Below are positions 59,904 through 64,000 of a stretch of DNA of 64,000 bases, piece after piece (within the stretch, counting starts at the first letter, position 1; every line of letters begins with the position of its first letter). The notes under the pieces were generated by a model that worked only from the letters and a program-made list of their open reading frames with translations, was not told where the DNA came from and did not search any database. The stretch is from Alphaproteobacteria bacterium (GTDB lineage Bacteria > Pseudomonadota > Alphaproteobacteria > RS24), in contig CBFIIT010000001.1 of assembly GCA_965662725.1 (NCBI GenBank), positions 83,350 to 147,349 of the forward strand. The letters run 5' to 3'. A program made the position numbers and the translations under genes.

Positions 59904-60713
59904 ATGCGAATAGTGTCTTGGAATATTAACTCAGTGCGCTTGCGCGAAAAGCTGGTCGTTAAGCTGATGAAGAAGCTCGACCCGGATATTATTTGTCTAC
60001 AAGAAACCAAATGCCCGAATGATCAATTCCCTGAAAAGGCTTTTGCCAAGGCCGGCTTCACTCATATCGCGAAAAACGGCATTAAGGGCTATCATGGCGT
60101 CGCCACCTTATCGAAGCATAAGATTATCGATAGCGAGATTGTCGATTATTGCAACAAGGGCGATGGTCGCCATATTGCGGTGACTGTGAAGGGGAAGCGA
60201 AAACAGCCGGTGACAGTGCATAATTTCTATGTGCCGGCCGGTGGCGATGAGCCGGACCCGTCGATCAATGATAAGTTTGCCCATAAGCTGGCTTTTTTAA
60301 AACAGATGGAAAATAACTTTAAAAAGCTAAAAAAGACCGGAAATGCGGCTGCTCAAGTGCTTTTAGGTGACCTGAATATTGCCCCCGGCGAGCATGATGT
60401 ATGGTCTTCCAAGCAATTGAAAAATGTTGTTAGCCATACGGCAGTGGAAATTGAAAATCTGGCGAAAGTGCAAAAAGCTCTTGATTGGGATGATGTGGCG
60501 CGTCGCTTTGTGCCGCCGGAAGAAAAATTATATAGCTGGTGGAGCTATCGGGCGCGCGATTGGGCCGCTTCCGATCGCGGCCGCCGCTTGGACCATATTT
60601 GGGTCAGCGCTGATTTATCCGATGCAGTGAAAGATTATGGGGTGTTGCGCGCGGCGCGCGGCTGGGAACGCCCAAGCGACCATGCGCCGCTTTGGATTGA
60701 TTTAAAAAGCTGA
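59904..60713 (+). CDS. xthA: Exodeoxyribonuclease III
   Basis: MRIVSWNINSVR, DIICLQETK and the C-terminal SDHAPLWIDL motif are present. Confidence 0.93.
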   Translation: MRIVSWNINSVRLREKLVVKLMKKLDPDIICLQETKCPNDQFPEKAFAKAGFTHIAKNGIKGYHGVATLSKHKIIDSEIVDYCNKGDGRHIAVTVKGKRKQPVTVHNFYVPAGGDEPDPSINDKFAHKLAFLKQMENNFKKLKKTGNAAAQVLLGDLNIAPGEHDVWSSKQLKNVVSHTAVEIENLAKVQKALDWDDVARRFVPPEEKLYSWWSYRARDWAASDRGRRLDHIWVSADLSDAVKDYGVLRAARGWERPSDHAPLWIDLKS

Positions 60714-60761
60714 TTGTCGCACAGTTCATGTTCACCCGATTGGCAAGCTGAGGAGCGGGCA

Positions 60762-61910
60762 ATGAATATGCATTCTGTTATCACGGCTGATATTGATGCG
60801 GCCTGCGCCCAAGCCGCGGCGGAAAGCGATGCCAGCGAACAGGCGCGGCAATTATCACCCGCATTGGCGCGCAAATTGGCCGCCGCCGGCATGTTTGATT
60901 TATTCGTGCCGCGCGCTTTGGGCGGGCAAGAATTGTCGCCAATAGACGCAATGGCGCGGCTGCAATATCTGGCCCGCCATGATGCTGCCAGTGCTTGGGT
61001 CTGCATGATTGGCGCGACCGCGGCATTGGGTGCGGCTTTTATTGAGCCGGAAATCAGCGGCGATATGTTTGCTGCTGATGAGCGCATCACATGCGGTATT
61101 TTTGCGCCCAATGGCCGCGCCATTCGCGATGGCGATGATTATGTGATTTCCGGCCGCTGGGCTTGGGCGTCCGGCTCGGCCAATGCCGATTATATCGGCC
61201 TTGGCTGCATGGCTTTGGACAGTGAAGATGACACAGTATCGGGCGAAAAAATCCGCCTGTTTATGGTGCCGCGCGAAGCGGTTATTTTTCATGATACATG
61301 GCACACAATGGGCCTTTGTGGCACCTCATCCGGCGATGTTGAATTGAAAAATATTCGCATTCCGGCAGCGCATAGTTATTCGATTGCAACCGATACGCCA
61401 TGGGCTGAGGGGGCGCTTTACAATATGCCGTATTTTGCTTTTCTGGCAGCCGGTGTCGCGGCTGTTGCTTTGGGTAATGCGCGCGCCGCTTTGGACGAAG
61501 TCGTGGCTTTGGCAAGTGCGAAAAAAGCGCAAGGGCATGGCCGGGTTTTGGCCGAACGCAGTAGCGTGCAAGCGGCTTTGGCCGAAGCCGAAGGGGAATG
61601 GCGCGCCGCCCATGCGCTCTATGAAAAAGCTTTGCAAGACAGTTGGCAAGCGGCACAAGATGATGCCGTTACGGTAGAGATCAAAGCCGCCTTGCGGCTG
61701 GCCGCCACCCATGCCGTGCGCCGCGCCGCCAATGTGGTACGCGCCGCGCATGATATTGCCGGCGGCACATCGGTATATCGCGACAGTGCCATTCAACGCC
61801 GTTTGCGCGATGCGCAAACCATGACCCAGCATATGATTACCAATACCAATACATATGAATTGACCGGTCGGGTATTATTGGGCGGCTATCATCCATCCAT
61901 GCAATTATAA
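60762..61910 (+). CDS. Acyl-CoA-dehydrogenase-fold protein (type-2 / flavin-dependent monooxygenase-like)
   Basis: It has the three-domain ACAD architecture (ISGRWAWASGSANADY..., HDIAGGTSVYRDSAIQRRLRDAQTMTQH). It lacks the classical C-terminal catalytic Glu context as far as I can read. ATG 60762 follows GAGGAG. Confidence 0.8.
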   Translation: MNMHSVITADIDAACAQAAAESDASEQARQLSPALARKLAAAGMFDLFVPRALGGQELSPIDAMARLQYLARHDAASAWVCMIGATAALGAAFIEPEISGDMFAADERITCGIFAPNGRAIRDGDDYVISGRWAWASGSANADYIGLGCMALDSEDDTVSGEKIRLFMVPREAVIFHDTWHTMGLCGTSSGDVELKNIRIPAAHSYSIATDTPWAEGALYNMPYFAFLAAGVAAVALGNARAALDEVVALASAKKAQGHGRVLAERSSVQAALAEAEGEWRAAHALYEKALQDSWQAAQDDAVTVEIKAALRLAATHAVRRAANVVRAAHDIAGGTSVYRDSAIQRRLRDAQTMTQHMITNTNTYELTGRVLLGGYHPSMQL

Positions 61911-62019
61911 ACACCGAAAGCCCTTTAATCACCCTGCGGGCAGATTGTCGCAAAGGCATGGCTTGCACCTTTACCGGCGGCTGATTAGTCTGAAGACAGA
62001 GAAATTTGAGGAGCCGAAA

Positions 62020-63168
62020 ATGTTGGGAACTTATACATCACCGTGGATGACTGAGGATTTGACCATCTTCAAAGACGCGGCCAGTAAATTCATGCAAGCC
62101 GAGTTTGTGCCAATGGCCGATAAATGGCACGCGCAAGGCATGGTCGATCGCGAGGCATGGAATAAGGCCGGGGAAGCCGGTCTCTTATTGACATCCATTC
62201 CGGAAGAATATGGCGGCGGTGGCGGCGATTATCGCCATGAAGCGATTTTAACGGAAGAGCAAACCCGTCTCGGTATTGGCGGTTGGGGTCAGTCGGTTCA
62301 CTCATTGATTTGCTCGCATTATTTTCTCGCCTATGGGACGCAAGAGCAGAAGAAAAAATATCTGCCGAAAATGGCCAGCGGTGAAATGGTGTGCGCGATT
62401 GCGATGACCGAGCCCGGTACCGGTTCTGATTTGCAATCGGTGAAAACCACGGCTTTGAAAGACGGCAATCAATATGTCGTCAATGGCTCAAAAACATTCA
62501 TCACCAATGGCCAGCATTGCGATGTTGTTTTGGTGGTGGCTAAAACCGATCCGGCGCAAGGCTCGAAAGGTATTTCGCTGATGATTGTCGAGACCGATAC
62601 GGACGGTTTTGCGCGCGGTCGTAATCTTGATAAAATGGGCCAGCACGCGGCCGATACGTCAGAATTGTTTTTCGACGAGGTTAAAGTGCCGGCGGAAAAT
62701 GTGCTGGGTGGCGAAGAAGGGCAAGGCTTTTACCAGCTCATGCAGCAATTGCCGGCCGAGCGTTTGGTGATTGCCAATGGCGCTGTGGCGGCAATGGAGC
62801 GGGCCATTGAATTGACTTTAGAGTATACGCGCGAGCGCAAAACTTTCGGCAATTCCATTTTCGATTATCAAAACACCCAGTTTAAATTGGCCGAATGCAA
62901 AGCTGATTGGATGGCAGCGCGCGCCATGGTTGACCAGCTGACGCAGCAATTAATGGATGGCGAGCTGGATGCCAATACGGCGGCGGCCGCCAAGTTTTGG
63001 TGCACGGAGCGCGAAAATGAGGTGATTGATACTTGCCTGCAATTCTTCGGCGGCTGGGGCTATATGGATGAATATCCGATTAGCCGCATGTATACTGATA
63101 GCCGTGTGCAACGTATTTATGGCGGCTCAAACGAGATTATGCGGATGCTGGTCGCGCGCTCCTTATAA
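62020..63168 (+). CDS. Acyl-CoA dehydrogenase
   Basis: AIAMTEPGTGSDLQSV, FITNG and QRIYGGSNEIMRMLVARSL are classic ACAD motifs. ATG 62020 follows GAGGAG. Confidence 0.92.
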   Translation: MLGTYTSPWMTEDLTIFKDAASKFMQAEFVPMADKWHAQGMVDREAWNKAGEAGLLLTSIPEEYGGGGGDYRHEAILTEEQTRLGIGGWGQSVHSLICSHYFLAYGTQEQKKKYLPKMASGEMVCAIAMTEPGTGSDLQSVKTTALKDGNQYVVNGSKTFITNGQHCDVVLVVAKTDPAQGSKGISLMIVETDTDGFARGRNLDKMGQHAADTSELFFDEVKVPAENVLGGEEGQGFYQLMQQLPAERLVIANGAVAAMERAIELTLEYTRERKTFGNSIFDYQNTQFKLAECKADWMAARAMVDQLTQQLMDGELDANTAAAAKFWCTERENEVIDTCLQFFGGWGYMDEYPISRMYTDSRVQRIYGGSNEIMRMLVARSL

Positions 63169-63196
63169 GCTTGTTGATATAGCGATATAAAATCAA

Positions 63197-63240
63197 AGTG
63201 CCGTCGGTCATTTTTATAATTTGACTGGCGGCACTTTTTC
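63197..63240 (+). terminator. Intrinsic terminator downstream of the acyl-CoA dehydrogenase gene
   Basis: A 14-bp stem pairs agtgccgtcggtca with tgactggcggcact (two G-U pairs). The loop is 11 nt and the stem is followed by TTTTTC. Confidence 0.7.
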
Positions 63241-63275
63241 TATGCGGTAAGCTGTAAAAAACAGGAGGCGGCATA

Positions 63276-64000
63276 TGCGGCAAATAGATTTCCGGGCTAT
63301 CTCAATCTGGGTGGCTGCCCTCAGCACAGTGACGCTGGTTCCGGCACTGGCGCAAGAAACCGGCGCCCAAGCCGCGCCGGGCTTTTGGTCTTTATTGTTT
63401 TATAAGGGCGGTTTGGTCACTTGGGTCATCGCGCTTTTATCGGCTGTCGGCCTGCCGGTAGCGGCGATTAAATTATATGAATTTTACCGGATGGATATTT
63501 ATCGCCCGGCCGCGCTCAATCAATTGCTGGATGATTTCAGAAGCGGACGACAGAAAAATCTCGCTCACCGTCTCGACCAGCTCAATCATCCGGCCGCGCC
63601 CTTAATCGCCTTTGCGCTGGTGCAAGCCGGAAACGGGCCGCTAAAGGGCAATGTATTGCGAGAAGAATTGACCCGCCGCGCGCAATATTTAGTGCGCCAT
63701 TTATCGCGCCATATTTGGATATTGGAATTAATCGCCGCCTCGGCCCCCTTATTCGGCCTTTTGGGAACCGTATTGGGAATGATTGTCGCCTTCCAAGGCG
63801 TTGGTCAAGGCGCCGGCGGAGCTGATACGGCTCTGCTGGCTTCCGGTATTTGGGAGGCGCTGCTGACCACTGCTTTCGGGCTTGGTGTCGCTTTGCCGTT
63901 TTCCATATTGGCCGCCATATTCAATAATGCGGTGGATACGACGCGCGATTTGGTCGAAGACGCGCTGACTGATATTTTGGTAAGAGCCGAGGGCAAAGCG
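63276..64000 (+). CDS. MotA/TolQ/ExbB proton-channel family protein (partial; runs off the right edge)
   Basis: My own translation from ATG 63276 (AGGAGG 6 nt upstream) begins MRQIDFRAISIWVAALSTVTLVPALAQE, a signal peptide. It continues through APLFGLLGTVLGMIVAF and GIWEALLTTAFGLGVALP, which are ExbB/TolQ signatures. It is absent from the track because there is no stop in the window. Confidence 0.8.

Overview
This window looks like a core, origin-proximal chromosome segment of an alphaproteobacterium-type genome, judged from protein signatures and gene order. No lineage search was possible. It is densely packed with housekeeping genes. I support about 70 CDSs, including three the ORF track misses: a ComM/YifB N-terminal fragment at the left edge, a 57-aa Trm112-like ORF, and an ExbB/TolQ-like fragment at the right edge. 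There is also one tRNA-Gly(GCC).

Gene content, left to right:
- gshB, yraN, rsmI, an LpoA-like lipoprotein, hemW-rdgB-rph
- hrcA-grpE and dnaK-dnaJ, then dapB, gpmA, nth, coaA
- hisE and hisFAHB, smr, a Tim44-like protein, fxsA, secB
- dnaQ-coaE-aroE-maf-DUF299, a 430-bp AT-rich spacer, then hemE-hemJ-rho
- mnmE-mnmG-rsmG-parA-parB, holA-lptE-leuS, yggS, an orphan OmpR-type response regulator
- thioesterases, an AhpD-like protein, DUF3422, ybbN, a Lon-N domain protein, a ubiH-like gene, amt
- aminotransferase-ftsK-lolA-(unknown)-xthA, two acyl-CoA-dehydrogenase-fold genes, and exbB

Main non-coding calls:
- A predicted chromosomal origin (oriC) in the hemE/DUF299 spacer, with DnaA-box-like 9-mers and a duplicated TTAA-N6-TTATTAAC motif.
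- Two perfect 16-bp parS palindromes, one intergenic and one inside rsmG.
- A perfect sigma-54 promoter in front of amt.
- RpoH-type promoters in front of grpE and dnaK.
- A sigma-70-like promoter and structured leader for rho.
- Two strong intrinsic terminators.
- Several short tandem repeats, most notably a 13-bp x 7 array in the rsmI/lpoA divergent promoter region.

I found no mobile elements, CRISPR arrays, defence islands or convincing novel multi-gene system. The unexplained items most worth following up are the origin-region motif pair, the 13-bp array, and a few conserved-looking proteins of unknown function. Several ORF-track starts are over-extended, and I moved them on the basis of conserved N-termini and Shine-Dalgarno spacing.
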